From contig JAVHLC010000002.1 of the NCBI GenBank assembly GCA_031082315.1, forward strand, positions 147,362-211,361: a stretch of 64,000 bases of DNA, given 5' to 3'. Made by a program: the position numbers and the translations under genes. The notes under the pieces are model-generated. The model worked only from the letters and a program-made list of their open reading frames with translations. It had not been told where the DNA came from and did not search any database. This DNA comes from Thermodesulfobacteriota bacterium. Lineage in GTDB: Bacteria; Desulfobacterota; QYQD01. Shown here piece by piece: positions 26,225-35,471 of this stretch (the first letter of the stretch is position 1; the number at the start of each line of letters is the position of its first letter).

Positions 26225-27322
26225 TTAACTACCGTCATCCTTGGTGGTATGGCAGACAAAGCACCCTGTGCTAAGGGAGCCTCCGTTCGCTATCATAGTG
26301 CTATAATCCCATCTCAGAATATCCGCATAGCCGCTGGCATGGGCCCGGTGACAGGAGAGGCACGTAACGATATCAGTGCCGGCTGCCACTGTCCCGCTCG
26401 CCGCATTGGGGATTGTAGTCCGCCCCACCGGAACCGTAGGATTATAAGTAGTCGAGATGCTTGCATATTCACCGCTATTAGGTATGAGCACATCAGTTGG
26501 ATGTCTTGTCCAGGGGCTGGCTGTACCAATACCGGTAGCGCCTGACATATGGAAACTACCATGGCACTCGGCACAGAGCTCGCTTATGGTATTGACATCC
26601 GCCCAGGCCATGGTGGTTCTGGCGGCATAGATTGCACCTTTATACTCATTGTGGTCAGCGGCACCAACCGTGTCCTGCCAATCGGTGTCCTCTCCGCCCT
26701 GTACTTTGTAGAGGAAACGGTAACTGGTGGCTACAGAAGCCCCTTGAGAACCTTCGACGATACCGCCAAACTTAAGGACGGCGTCACTGCCATGGTGGGC
26801 TCCACTTACACCGGCATAATTGCCGGAATTATCCCGGTTGCCATGGCAACCATTTTGCCCGGCACAGGTCAGCCGGCTGGCGGTAGCGTAATCCGTGCTT
26901 GCAGGATCCATAGCAGCTGCATAGCCCGGGGGTGTGTTCGTTAATGTGCCGTCTGCGGCCACGACGCCCTCGACGTTGTGTCCGTAGGCATCGCCAGTAT
27001 CTACGACGTACTTAAAATTGCCGCCGGCCAGGTCATTACCGTCGCTGTGCCACACCTGGGGAATATTGGTAACAATGTTGCTTGCCCCTGCCGGATCGCT
27101 TCCGTGACAACCAACACAGGTACCGCGCACCAGGTTTCCCTGGGGGTCTGTCTCCCCAGCCTTTAACTGCATTTCCGTACCACCCTGGCTGTTGTGCATG
27201 GTATGGCAGTTTACGCAGGCACCTGTGACGGTTGCCAGGGCATACCCGACCGGTACCAAGGCCAGAAATACGCTCAATAGAACCGCCAAACAGCTAGTTT
27301 TAAACATACCTGCCCTTCTCAT
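26225..27322 (-). CDS. Secreted OmcS-like hexaheme cytochrome c, paralogue 2 (5 CxxCH + one CX5CH)
   Basis: CVNCHTMHNSQGG, LAGGNF, GHN, TLTNTPPG, CAGQNGCH, SYRFL, CAECH..FH, RHP, CLSCHRAHASG, CFVCHTTKD. Start at 27322 (alternative 27370); the ORF-track 5' extension is the riboswitch. Confidence 0.9.
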   Translation of the reverse strand: MRRAGMFKTSCLAVLLSVFLALVPVGYALATVTGACVNCHTMHNSQGGTEMQLKAGETDPQGNLVRGTCVGCHGSDPAGASNIVTNIPQVWHSDGNDLAGGNFKYVVDTGDAYGHNVEGVVAADGTLTNTPPGYAAAMDPASTDYATASRLTCAGQNGCHGNRDNSGNYAGVSGAHHGSDAVLKFGGIVEGSQGASVATSYRFLYKVQGGEDTDWQDTVGAADHNEYKGAIYAARTTMAWADVNTISELCAECHGSFHMSGATGIGTASPWTRHPTDVLIPNSGEYASISTTYNPTVPVGRTTIPNAASGTVAAGTDIVTCLSCHRAHASGYADILRWDYSTMIANGGSLSTGCFVCHTTKDDGS

Positions 27323-27398
27323 GATTATCACCCCTTTCTCCATATTTTTCATATCTGTACTCAAAGTCATCCCCTCCTTTCTAATTTTTGGCCATAAA

Positions 27399-27484
27399 GA
27401 GAAGGGCCGGTTACGCCACTGGGCTCGCCTCCGGCACCATGGCGTCCAACTTGGGCACCGGGGGGTCACTGCCCTCCCTTTCCT
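27399..27484 (-). ncRNA. c-di-GMP-II riboswitch aptamer
   Basis: Minus strand AAGGG-A-GGGC-AGUGA-[P3]-CAAG-UUGG-ACGCC-AU-[P3']-GA-GCCC-AGU-GGCGU-AA-CCGG-CCCUU. P1, P2, the kink-turn (AGUGA/GA), P3 and the bulged pseudoknot all pair as in the class II aptamer. Confidence 0.85.
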
Positions 27485-27611
27485 AGGATTCAATGAGCCT
27501 TTTACTTTTATTTTAGGAGCCTATCCTTATCGTTTTAGCTTCACCTGCCTTCTTGCCTCTCACGTCCTTGTGAACCTGAGGCCAAGGGGATAGTTCTCAC
27601 CTTTAATTCAC

Positions 27612-27638
27612 TTATCGGTAACTATGGAGAAAACTTTA
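27612..27638 (-). promoter_or_regulatory. Sigma28 promoter (proximal)
   Basis: TAAAGTTT-N11-ACCGATAA. Confidence 0.8.
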
Positions 27639-27678
27639 ATTTTTTATTCTTTTGCAGACACTTTTTCACTTGTTAAGT

Positions 27679-27705
27679 GTATCGGCAAACTGTCTGAAAA
27701 CTTTA
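27679..27705 (-). promoter_or_regulatory. Sigma28 promoter (distal)
   Basis: TAAAGTTT-N11-GCCGATAC. Confidence 0.8.
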
Positions 27706-27779
27706 ATATTTTTAATTAATTGACAGAATATAGAGAGCTTGGGTATGGTACTGCAAATACGCTATGTGGTGCGGATAAA

Positions 27780-28832
27780 GTGAGGAATAATCCAATCGAA
27801 TCATTGGGACAGCTTTTTATGATCGGCTTCCCGGGAACCGACCTGGACGTGGAGACGCAGGAACTGATCTATAGATACGGCATCGGCAATTTTATCCTCT
27901 TCAGGCGAAATGTGGCTGATCCGCTGCAAGTGGCCAGGCTCTGTCAAGACCTGAAAAAGGCCTGTCGGGATAGAGGGTTGCCCCTACCCCTCATTTCCAT
28001 CGACCAGGAAGGCGGGCCGGTGGCCAGGCTAAAGCCGCCTTTTACCCAGTTTCCCGGGGCGGCAGGCATCGCCAGGGCAGCCGATCCAGCCGCAGAGGCC
28101 CGCCGGTTTGCCGACATAACAGCCAGAGAGTTGAATCTCATCGGCTGTAACATGAATTTTGCCCCGGTCATGGACCTCGACGTGCCGGGGACTGACCGCA
28201 TTATGGAGGGGCGGGTATTCGGAAGTGACCCGGAGTTGGTGGGGCACCTGGGCGGCATTATAATTGAAGGCTTGCAAAAAGAAGGCATTCTGGCCACAGC
28301 CAAGCACTTTCCGGGCATAGGCGGGGTGAAACTGGACCCGCACCAGGACCTGCCGGTTATGGATACGCCTTTATCCGAACTGGAGAAAAGAGAACTTGTA
28401 CCTTTCCAAAAAGCCATCGTCGCCCGGGTAGCGGCTGTTATGACGGCCCATGTGATTTATCCGGATGTCGATCCCGATCTGCCGGCGACCCTGTCCCGGA
28501 ACTTCCTTATGGACATCCTGCGTTATAAGATGGGATTTGACGGCTTGGTCATTAGTGATGATCTGGAGATGGGAGCTATCGAAAGGCATTTCAGCCTGGA
28601 AGAGTCGGCAACGCTGTCCCTTATGGCCGGAACGGATATAATTCTTATCTGTCATGAAAAAGAAAAGATTGTACGGGCATTTGAAGCGGTAAGGGCATTT
28701 GTAGAGAAGGACAGAGAGGGGCGGATGCGCCTCGAAGAGTCCTTACGGCGTGTGATGGCTGCTAAAGAATGCTACGGTATAACAAAGAACGAATTTAACA
28801 AAGCAGCCATTAAGGAATATTTTAAACGATAG
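27780..28832 (+). CDS. nagZ: Beta-N-acetylhexosaminidase (GH3)
   Basis: SIDQEGGPVARL, NFAPVMD, KHFPGIG...DPH, VMTAH, SDDLEM; start codon uncertain (GTG at 27780). Confidence 0.92.
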   Translation: MRNNPIESLGQLFMIGFPGTDLDVETQELIYRYGIGNFILFRRNVADPLQVARLCQDLKKACRDRGLPLPLISIDQEGGPVARLKPPFTQFPGAAGIARAADPAAEARRFADITARELNLIGCNMNFAPVMDLDVPGTDRIMEGRVFGSDPELVGHLGGIIIEGLQKEGILATAKHFPGIGGVKLDPHQDLPVMDTPLSELEKRELVPFQKAIVARVAAVMTAHVIYPDVDPDLPATLSRNFLMDILRYKMGFDGLVISDDLEMGAIERHFSLEESATLSLMAGTDIILICHEKEKIVRAFEAVRAFVEKDREGRMRLEESLRRVMAAKECYGITKNEFNKAAIKEYFKR

Positions 28833-28879
28833 TGAATGTCACTTGTCAATGGTCATTTGTCACTAATAAAAATGGGCAA

Positions 28880-29050
28880 TCAGCGTTCAGCATAAAGCCG
28901 GTCCACCGTTCACTGTTGACCGTTAACCGAAAGAAAATGTCGGACAACGGCTAACGGTTAACGGATAACAAACACGCTGATGGCTGAAAGCGTGAAGCCG
29001 GCCTTGGGCCGACCGTAGGCCGGGAACGGTAGTTTCCGGATGAACACTAA
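28880..29050. repeat. Composite heptamer/MITE-like element, paralogue of 60617-60822
   Basis: Shares AAGCCGGTCCACCGTTCACTGTTGACCGTT.ACCGAAAGAAAATGTCG and GGTAGTTT.CGGATGAACACTAA with the 60.6-kb copy. Confidence 0.75.
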
Positions 29051-29078
29051 CTATAAGATTATAGAAGGGATTTTACCT

Positions 29079-31754
29079 ATGAAACCTTATCACAAACGCA
29101 TTATAACCTCCTTACTATCCTTAATTCTACTGTCCTTTATTTTTATAACCATCCCGGTCATCCAGGCTGAAGAGGCCTTTCCCAACCCTTATCGCTTTCA
29201 GCTTGATAACGGCCTTACAGTAATCATCAAAGAAAACCATGCCGCCCCGGTCGCGGCCATTCAGGTCTGGGTGAAGGCCGGAAGTGTTTACGAGACGGAT
29301 AACGAGGCCGGCATTACCCACTTCATAGAGCACATGATCTTTAAAGGAACGGCCAAGCGCGAGCCCGGAGAGATAGCCAGGGCGATTGAGGCGGTGGGCG
29401 GGGATATAAATGCCTACACCTCTCTGGATTACACCGTCTATCACGTAGCTATAGGCAGTAAATTTTTCGATGTAGGACTGGACATACTTTCTGATGCCGT
29501 CCTTCACTCATCATTTGACCAGTTAGAGATCGAACGGGAAAAAATGGTGGTCCTGGAAGAAATCCGCATGCGCCAGGACCAGCCTTCCGTAAAACTCTTT
29601 GAAGCGGTTATGGCAAAGGCGTACACGGTTTCTCCATACCGGAGGCCGGTAATCGGTTTTCCCAAAACCGTCCAGCCCCTCACAAGAGACTCTATTCTGG
29701 CCTATATGAAAAAGCGCTACACGCCTTCTAACCTCACGGTAGTCGTGGTGGGGGACCTAGAGACCGCTGATTGTATCTCACGGATTAAACGGGCATTTTC
29801 CGGCATGAAAGGCGCAGCCCCTGAATCCGTTTCCCTTGAGGAACCGCCGCAGAATGAAGTGCGCACGGTCTTGCTTGAGGATGAGATCAACGAGTCGCAC
29901 CTTAATATGTGTTTCCCTATACCCGGTTTTAATGACCCTGATAGTGTGGCCCTGGATGTGCTGGCGAGCATCCTCGGAGAGGGTGAAAGTTCCCGGCTCT
30001 ACCGGGAGCTGAGAGACCAAAAGACACTGGTACACGACATAGGCGCCTACGCCTTTACGCCCATGGGTCCCGGCCTGTTCGAAGTCGCCTGTAGTCTGGA
30101 TGCGGAAAAGAGTAAGCAGGCAGCCGAAGCCGCATTACGTGAAATTTATCGCCTTCGGTATGACCACGTTACAGAGGACGAACTCAATAAGGCCAAGCTG
30201 AATATAGAGTCAGGTTTTATTTATGCCCAGGAAAGGGTACAGGGGCAGGCCCGCAAACTCGGGTATTTTGAGACCATGGCCGGTGACTATCGTGAACAGG
30301 CGAGTTATCTAAAGAAGGTGGCAGCCGTCACACCTGAAGATATACGGCGGGTAGCGGCGAAATATCTCCATCCGGAACGCCTTACCTTAGGACTCCTGGT
30401 TCCAAAGGAGGCGACGATGCCTTTTTCTATGGAAGAGGCAGCCCACCTATCCCGTGCGGCAGATGAAGAGGCAAAAAAATTATACGCCAGCCGGAAGGTG
30501 GAGATATCCGGGGCACAGAAATTCATCCTTTCAAACGGCATCACCCTCCTGGTGAAGGAAGAGCGAAACGTGCCTACGGTCTCCATGCACGCCGTTTTCC
30601 TGGGCGGACTGCGATATGAAACTGCGGCCGATAATGGCCTGTTTAATGCCCTGGCTCAGTTATGGACAAAAGGAACGAAGCGAAGAGGCGCCCAGGAGAT
30701 AGCCGCCGAGATTGAAGGCATGGCCGGTAGCATCAATGGCTTCTCGGGTAAGAATACCTTCGGACTGAGCGCTACCTTTCTATCCCGTTTCTTTTCCCGT
30801 GGGCTTGATATCCTGACCGAGGTCATGCTTGAGCCGGACTTTAGCCCGAAGGAGCTGGAAAAAGTGCGTCCGGTGTTGCTGGCGCAACTAAAACAGCAGG
30901 AAGACAGTCTCCCGGCTATTACCTTTCTCAACTTCAACAAGCTGCTTTTTACCGGTTATCCGTACAGTATGAATCCCCTCGGAAGCCCGGAGACTATTAA
31001 GAAGCTCTCAACAAAAAAAATTAAAGAGGGCTACCAGCGCTATGTCATCCCCGGTAATCTTGTCCTGGCGATAGTGGGTGACGTAGAGGCATCCAGTGTA
31101 AAGTCAGAGGTAGAAAGGCTGCTTTCCCGTTGGAAGAACCCGGGCTTTAGGGATGTCAGGATTGCGCTTCCCAGGCCTGTCGCGAGTCCCAAAACTGCCT
31201 CCATTTTAAAGTCCAAACAGCAGGTGCATATCGCCATCGGCTTTCGGGGTGTTACCCTTTCTCATCCGGATAGGGCCGCCCTGGATGTCTTGAATAACGT
31301 ACTTTCCGGGCAGGGCGGGCGTCTCTTTGCCAGGCTTCGGGATAAGGAAAGCCTGGCCTATAGCCTCTCGGCCTTTTCTACGGAAGGGATAGAAACGGGC
31401 GCCTTCGGCGTATATATAGCGACAAGCCCGGAAAAGAAAGATGCGGCTGTTAACAGTATGTGGCGGGAGCTGAACCGGGTGCGGGATGAGATAATCGACC
31501 CGGCGGAACTGGACCGGGCCAAGCGGTATATAATCGGAAGTACGGAGATCGGCCTCCAGACCAACGCCGCCCAGGCCATGGACATGGCCCTAAACGAACG
31601 CTACAGACTCGGTTTTGATTTTACAAAAACCTATCTGGACCAAATAGAAAAAATTACCGTTGACAACGTGTTGAGAGTGGCCAGAACATACATTCAACCC
31701 GAAAAATACGTGGTTGTCGCGGTGGGCCCGAATAGTGCAGAACAAAGGCATTGA
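29079..31754 (+). CDS. M16 (pitrilysin-family) zinc peptidase, two-module, secreted
   Basis: GITHFIEHMIFKGT (HxxEH), NAYTS.DYTVY, second inactive M16 module, signal peptide. Confidence 0.93.
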   Translation: MKPYHKRIITSLLSLILLSFIFITIPVIQAEEAFPNPYRFQLDNGLTVIIKENHAAPVAAIQVWVKAGSVYETDNEAGITHFIEHMIFKGTAKREPGEIARAIEAVGGDINAYTSLDYTVYHVAIGSKFFDVGLDILSDAVLHSSFDQLEIEREKMVVLEEIRMRQDQPSVKLFEAVMAKAYTVSPYRRPVIGFPKTVQPLTRDSILAYMKKRYTPSNLTVVVVGDLETADCISRIKRAFSGMKGAAPESVSLEEPPQNEVRTVLLEDEINESHLNMCFPIPGFNDPDSVALDVLASILGEGESSRLYRELRDQKTLVHDIGAYAFTPMGPGLFEVACSLDAEKSKQAAEAALREIYRLRYDHVTEDELNKAKLNIESGFIYAQERVQGQARKLGYFETMAGDYREQASYLKKVAAVTPEDIRRVAAKYLHPERLTLGLLVPKEATMPFSMEEAAHLSRAADEEAKKLYASRKVEISGAQKFILSNGITLLVKEERNVPTVSMHAVFLGGLRYETAADNGLFNALAQLWTKGTKRRGAQEIAAEIEGMAGSINGFSGKNTFGLSATFLSRFFSRGLDILTEVMLEPDFSPKELEKVRPVLLAQLKQQEDSLPAITFLNFNKLLFTGYPYSMNPLGSPETIKKLSTKKIKEGYQRYVIPGNLVLAIVGDVEASSVKSEVERLLSRWKNPGFRDVRIALPRPVASPKTASILKSKQQVHIAIGFRGVTLSHPDRAALDVLNNVLSGQGGRLFARLRDKESLAYSLSAFSTEGIETGAFGVYIATSPEKKDAAVNSMWRELNRVRDEIIDPAELDRAKRYIIGSTEIGLQTNAAQAMDMALNERYRLGFDFTKTYLDQIEKITVDNVLRVARTYIQPEKYVVVAVGPNSAEQRH

Positions 31755-31793
31755 CGGAGCGGCCTAACTTTGTTATAAACATTTTTTATCTAT

Positions 31794-31869
31794 TCCCCGG
31801 TAGCTCAGCAGGTAGAGCGAGTGGCTGTTAACCACTTGGTCGCTGGTTCGAATCCGGCCCGGGGAGCCA
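31794..31869 (+). tRNA. tRNA-Asn(GTT)
   Basis: 76 nt cloverleaf: TCCCCGG acceptor, AGTGG-CT-GTT-AA-CCACT anticodon arm, GGTTCGAATCC T-arm, encoded CCA; TTGACG-N17-TATAAA upstream. Confidence 0.97.
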
Positions 31870-31875
31870 AAAGAT

Positions 31876-31908
31876 AAAAAGGCTCGATTGCATAATCGGG
31901 CCTTTTTT
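31876..31908. terminator. Bidirectional terminator between tRNA-Asn and the MFS gene
   Basis: AAAAAGGCTCGATT-N4-AATCGGGCCTTTTTT. Confidence 0.8.
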
Positions 31909-31987
31909 GTTTTTAGCAGGCATGGAATATAGCACGTCTTCAGGAAAATCATCTTGATCGGCGCAGGCAAGTGGATGACAAAAGGAT

Positions 31988-33382
31988 TCAGCGCAGCTTC
32001 CCTCTGGCCAGGGAGGCAAATATGCCGGCGAAGCAGAGGGCGGAAAAGATGATAAAGGCGGACTTCACACTTTTCAGAAAAAGCGGATAGCACGGAGGTG
32101 TAATCGGGACCCTTCCGATGTGGGCGGCGAAAAGCAGCATGACGACACCCATGCTGAGCATCTGTCCGGTCATGCGCATGGTAGCGACAATCCCTGACGC
32201 CACGCCATAAAACTTCCTTGAAACGGAACTCATAATGGCATTGGTGTTGGGAGATGAGAAAAGGGCAAAACCCAGGCCCAGGAGGCCCAAATCGGCTACA
32301 ATTAATGCCATGGCCGTTTTTTCGTTTAAAAAAATAAAAAAGGAAAGCCCGATGGCGATCAACGCCATTCCTGTTGAGGCCACCACGCGCGGCTCCATGC
32401 GGTCGGAAAGGCGTCCGGCAACCGGTGAAAAAACAGTCATCACAATGGGCTGGGCTACCATAATAAGCCCGGCATTTTGAGGACTCAGCCCCCTGATATA
32501 CTGGAGGTAAAGGCTCAAAAGGAAGGCTACACCAAAGGTTGCGCTATAGTTAATGAGGGCTGCCAGGTTAGATAAGGCGAAGACCCGGTTAGCCCGGAAA
32601 AGATTTATCTCAAGAAGAGGACTCCCTGCCTTCGTCTCCCACTTAAGAAATGTAATGGCCCCAAAGAGACCCATCCCGATAAGCGCCGCACCGGAGGCGG
32701 AAGACTGGGAAAACCCATACATTACGGCCATAAGTGAAAGACCATAGATTATAGAGCCTATAATATCTAATTTTTCTCCTCTGGCCTCGGCCCATTCTCC
32801 CTTTATTTTCCCGATAACAAGAAGAATTACAAGCAGGCCCAGGGGTATATTAGCCAGGAAGATGGCCCTCCAGCCAAAGTGCTCGGTTATGGCCCCGCCA
32901 ATAAAAGGCCCGAGAGAGAGGCCTAAATAAACAGCGGCAACGTTTATGCCCAGCGCCCTTCCCCTTTCCCCCGCCGGAAACACCGAGGTAAGTATGGCCA
33001 CTCCCGTGCCAAATATCATGGAACTCCCGATCCCTTGCATGACCCGGGAGGCAATGAGTACCCCGGCAGAGGGCGAAAGTGCGGAGAAAAGACAGGAAAG
33101 GGTATAGATCGAGATGCCGGACAAAAAGACCCTTTTTCTCCCGTAGATGTCGGCCACTCTTCCAAAAGGGACCAGAAACATTGCGGCAGATAGAAGAAAA
33201 GAGGTGGAAATCCAACTCAACAGGACGGCATCCATGTGAAATTCTTTGCCGATGGAGGGAAGGGCGATATTGACCGAAGAGCCTATAAAGGGTGTAAGAA
33301 ACGAGGCCAGGGTGGCCACAAGTAAGACACAACCCTTACTTGTGGCGTTATGTTCATCCTTGCAGACATCCCCGATTCCCAC
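31988..33382 (-). CDS. MFS transporter, DHA2 (EmrB/QacA-like)
   Basis: VNIALPSI, GRVADIYGRKR motif A, GPFIGG, WRAIFLANIP; about 14 TM segments. Confidence 0.9.
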   Translation of the reverse strand: MGIGDVCKDEHNATSKGCVLLVATLASFLTPFIGSSVNIALPSIGKEFHMDAVLLSWISTSFLLSAAMFLVPFGRVADIYGRKRVFLSGISIYTLSCLFSALSPSAGVLIASRVMQGIGSSMIFGTGVAILTSVFPAGERGRALGINVAAVYLGLSLGPFIGGAITEHFGWRAIFLANIPLGLLVILLVIGKIKGEWAEARGEKLDIIGSIIYGLSLMAVMYGFSQSSASGAALIGMGLFGAITFLKWETKAGSPLLEINLFRANRVFALSNLAALINYSATFGVAFLLSLYLQYIRGLSPQNAGLIMVAQPIVMTVFSPVAGRLSDRMEPRVVASTGMALIAIGLSFFIFLNEKTAMALIVADLGLLGLGFALFSSPNTNAIMSSVSRKFYGVASGIVATMRMTGQMLSMGVVMLLFAAHIGRVPITPPCYPLFLKSVKSAFIIFSALCFAGIFASLARGKLR

Positions 33383-33659
33383 TTTTTACCCCTCAACCAC
33401 AGAGCACACAGAGTTTTTAAAATTTAAAATTCTTTTTCTCTGTGCCCTCTGTGGTTATTTTTTATTGTCTCTTGTACCATAATCACAGACAGGCGGTCAA
33501 TTAGTGTTAATTTTGTCGGTTTTTTACGAAAGCATCAAAAATGCCCGGGGTAAATAGACAACTTAATAGAAAGGTTAGAAACTTGTATGTATTTAATGTT
33601 ATAATGAAATAATATGAATCCTGGTGGAAATCAGGTCATGATTTCCTTGTGGCGAAAGA

Positions 33660-35408
33660 ATGAAAGGGATAGATAAAATCAAATCAGGCTCGGATGCGCA
33701 GAATGCCGCGCCTCATCTGCAACAACCGGTCGGGAAGGCGATGAAAGGGCCGGCTATTGCCGTTCGCTTTTTGATTATTGTAATCGGCTCCATACTCGTA
33801 GCCGAGACATTGGTGATGTTCTTTCTCGCCCTCCTGCCGCCTTTATCCCCGAATCTGGTTGCTTTTCTGGATGCCATTTTGTTGGCCGTTGTGACCTTTC
33901 CGGTGCTTTACCTGGCCCTGTTCCGGCCGCTCGTCCGCCAAATCACGGAGACGCAGCGGGTCGAGGGGCGACTCCGCAAGGCCCATGAGCTTAGCGAGGC
34001 TATTATTAAGACCATCCCTTTTGGGATGGATGTCGTGGATGAAGAGGGCCGTATAGTTTACTTAAGCGAGAAACTGAAGGCGGTCCTGGGTAACGATGCG
34101 ATTGGCAAGACGTGCCCTGCTGTCTATAGAGAGGGCGGGGAAACGTGTGAGGATTGTCCGGTGAAACAAGGTATCCACGTAGGAGAAACCCGCTCGGTTG
34201 AGGTCGAAGGGATACTGGGTGGAAGGACCTTTCTGATAACCTATACCGGGATGATGCAGGATAATAAGAAGGTATTTTTGAGGGTTTTCGAAGACATCAC
34301 CGAGCGCCGGCGGGCCGAGGATGAACTGCGGGAGAGCGAAGAAAAGTACGCTACGCTGGTCGAAAATTCCTTAACGGGCATATATATCGACCAGGACGGG
34401 AAGATTGTATTTGCCAACCACCGGTTTGCCGAGATATATCGGTATCCGAGAGAGGCGCTGCTAGAAATAGAGAGCTGGAGGCTGGTCCATCCTGAGGACA
34501 GGCCCTTGATCAATCAAATAAGACTAAAGAGGCTGGCTGGAGAAGAAGCGCCCCCGGAATATGAGGCCAGGGGCCTGACAAAGGATGGAGAGACCATTTG
34601 GATCAATCGGAGAAACACCCGCATAGAGTATAAGGGAAGGCCGGCTATATTGGGCAATATTGTGGATATTACCGAACAAAAGCGAGCAGAAGAACAACTC
34701 CGCAAGATAAATGAAGAGCTTAAGAACTTTATCCATATGGTTTCCCATGACCTGAAAACCCCCATAATTTCCATTCAGGGATTTGCTGCCCGGCTGCTCA
34801 AGAACTATCAGGAAAAATTAGGGGACAAGGGCCGGAATTATCTTGAGCGGATCAAGTCCAGCGCCTGCCGGATGGAGATGTTGATCTCCGACCTCCTGGC
34901 CTTGTCAAAAATTGGCCGGGTGGCCTCTAGATTTGAGGATGTCTCCGCCCTGGATATTGTAACAGAGGTTATCTCAAACCTTCAATACAGAATGAGGGAA
35001 AAGGGGATAGAAGTCGTGGTCCCTCCCGGCCTTCCCGTTATCAACGCTGATCAGGCCAAGCTCTATCAGGTCTTTGAAAACCTGCTGGCTAATGCTACTA
35101 AGTACATGGGTAACACTAAGAACCCCAGAATCGACATCGGATACGAAGACAGAGGTGATTTTCATCGATTTTATGTAAGGGATAACGGCAGCGGGATTGA
35201 TCCTCAATATCACCGGAAGATATTTGAGATGTTCTACCGGTTAAAAGAGACAAAGGCCGAGGACGGAACCGGGTTGGGACTGGCCATCGTTGACAGGATT
35301 GTGCGTGCCCACGGTGGAAGGGTATGGGTGGAGTCTGAAAAAGGCAAGGGGGCCTCTTTCTATTTTGACTTGCCTAAAAAGAAAACGGGGTCTGCCCTAT
35401 CCAGTTAA
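33660..35408 (+). CDS. Membrane sensor histidine kinase with two PAS domains
   Basis: 2 TM, PAS (C-x9-C-x2-C), PAS/PAC, SHDLKTP H-box, NLLANA, DNGSGI, GTGLGL. Confidence 0.93.
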   Translation: MKGIDKIKSGSDAQNAAPHLQQPVGKAMKGPAIAVRFLIIVIGSILVAETLVMFFLALLPPLSPNLVAFLDAILLAVVTFPVLYLALFRPLVRQITETQRVEGRLRKAHELSEAIIKTIPFGMDVVDEEGRIVYLSEKLKAVLGNDAIGKTCPAVYREGGETCEDCPVKQGIHVGETRSVEVEGILGGRTFLITYTGMMQDNKKVFLRVFEDITERRRAEDELRESEEKYATLVENSLTGIYIDQDGKIVFANHRFAEIYRYPREALLEIESWRLVHPEDRPLINQIRLKRLAGEEAPPEYEARGLTKDGETIWINRRNTRIEYKGRPAILGNIVDITEQKRAEEQLRKINEELKNFIHMVSHDLKTPIISIQGFAARLLKNYQEKLGDKGRNYLERIKSSACRMEMLISDLLALSKIGRVASRFEDVSALDIVTEVISNLQYRMREKGIEVVVPPGLPVINADQAKLYQVFENLLANATKYMGNTKNPRIDIGYEDRGDFHRFYVRDNGSGIDPQYHRKIFEMFYRLKETKAEDGTGLGLAIVDRIVRAHGGRVWVESEKGKGASFYFDLPKKKTGSALSS

Positions 35409-35471
35409 TTGTCACAATAAATCCCCTTGACCATTCTTTTGGCTTCGTGCTATTTTCCCTGAAATTTCAGG

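Noticed and set aside
27323-27493. N-terminal extension of the 26225..27493 ORF
   Set aside because: It overlaps the riboswitch and precedes the RBS and signal peptide; treated as 5' leader.
31794-31990. tRNA-Asn as an island integration site
   Set aside because: No integrase nearby and no duplicated tRNA 3' end seen in the window.
31773-32093. ORFs spanning the tRNA
   Set aside because: They are translations of the tRNA-Asn antisense and terminator.
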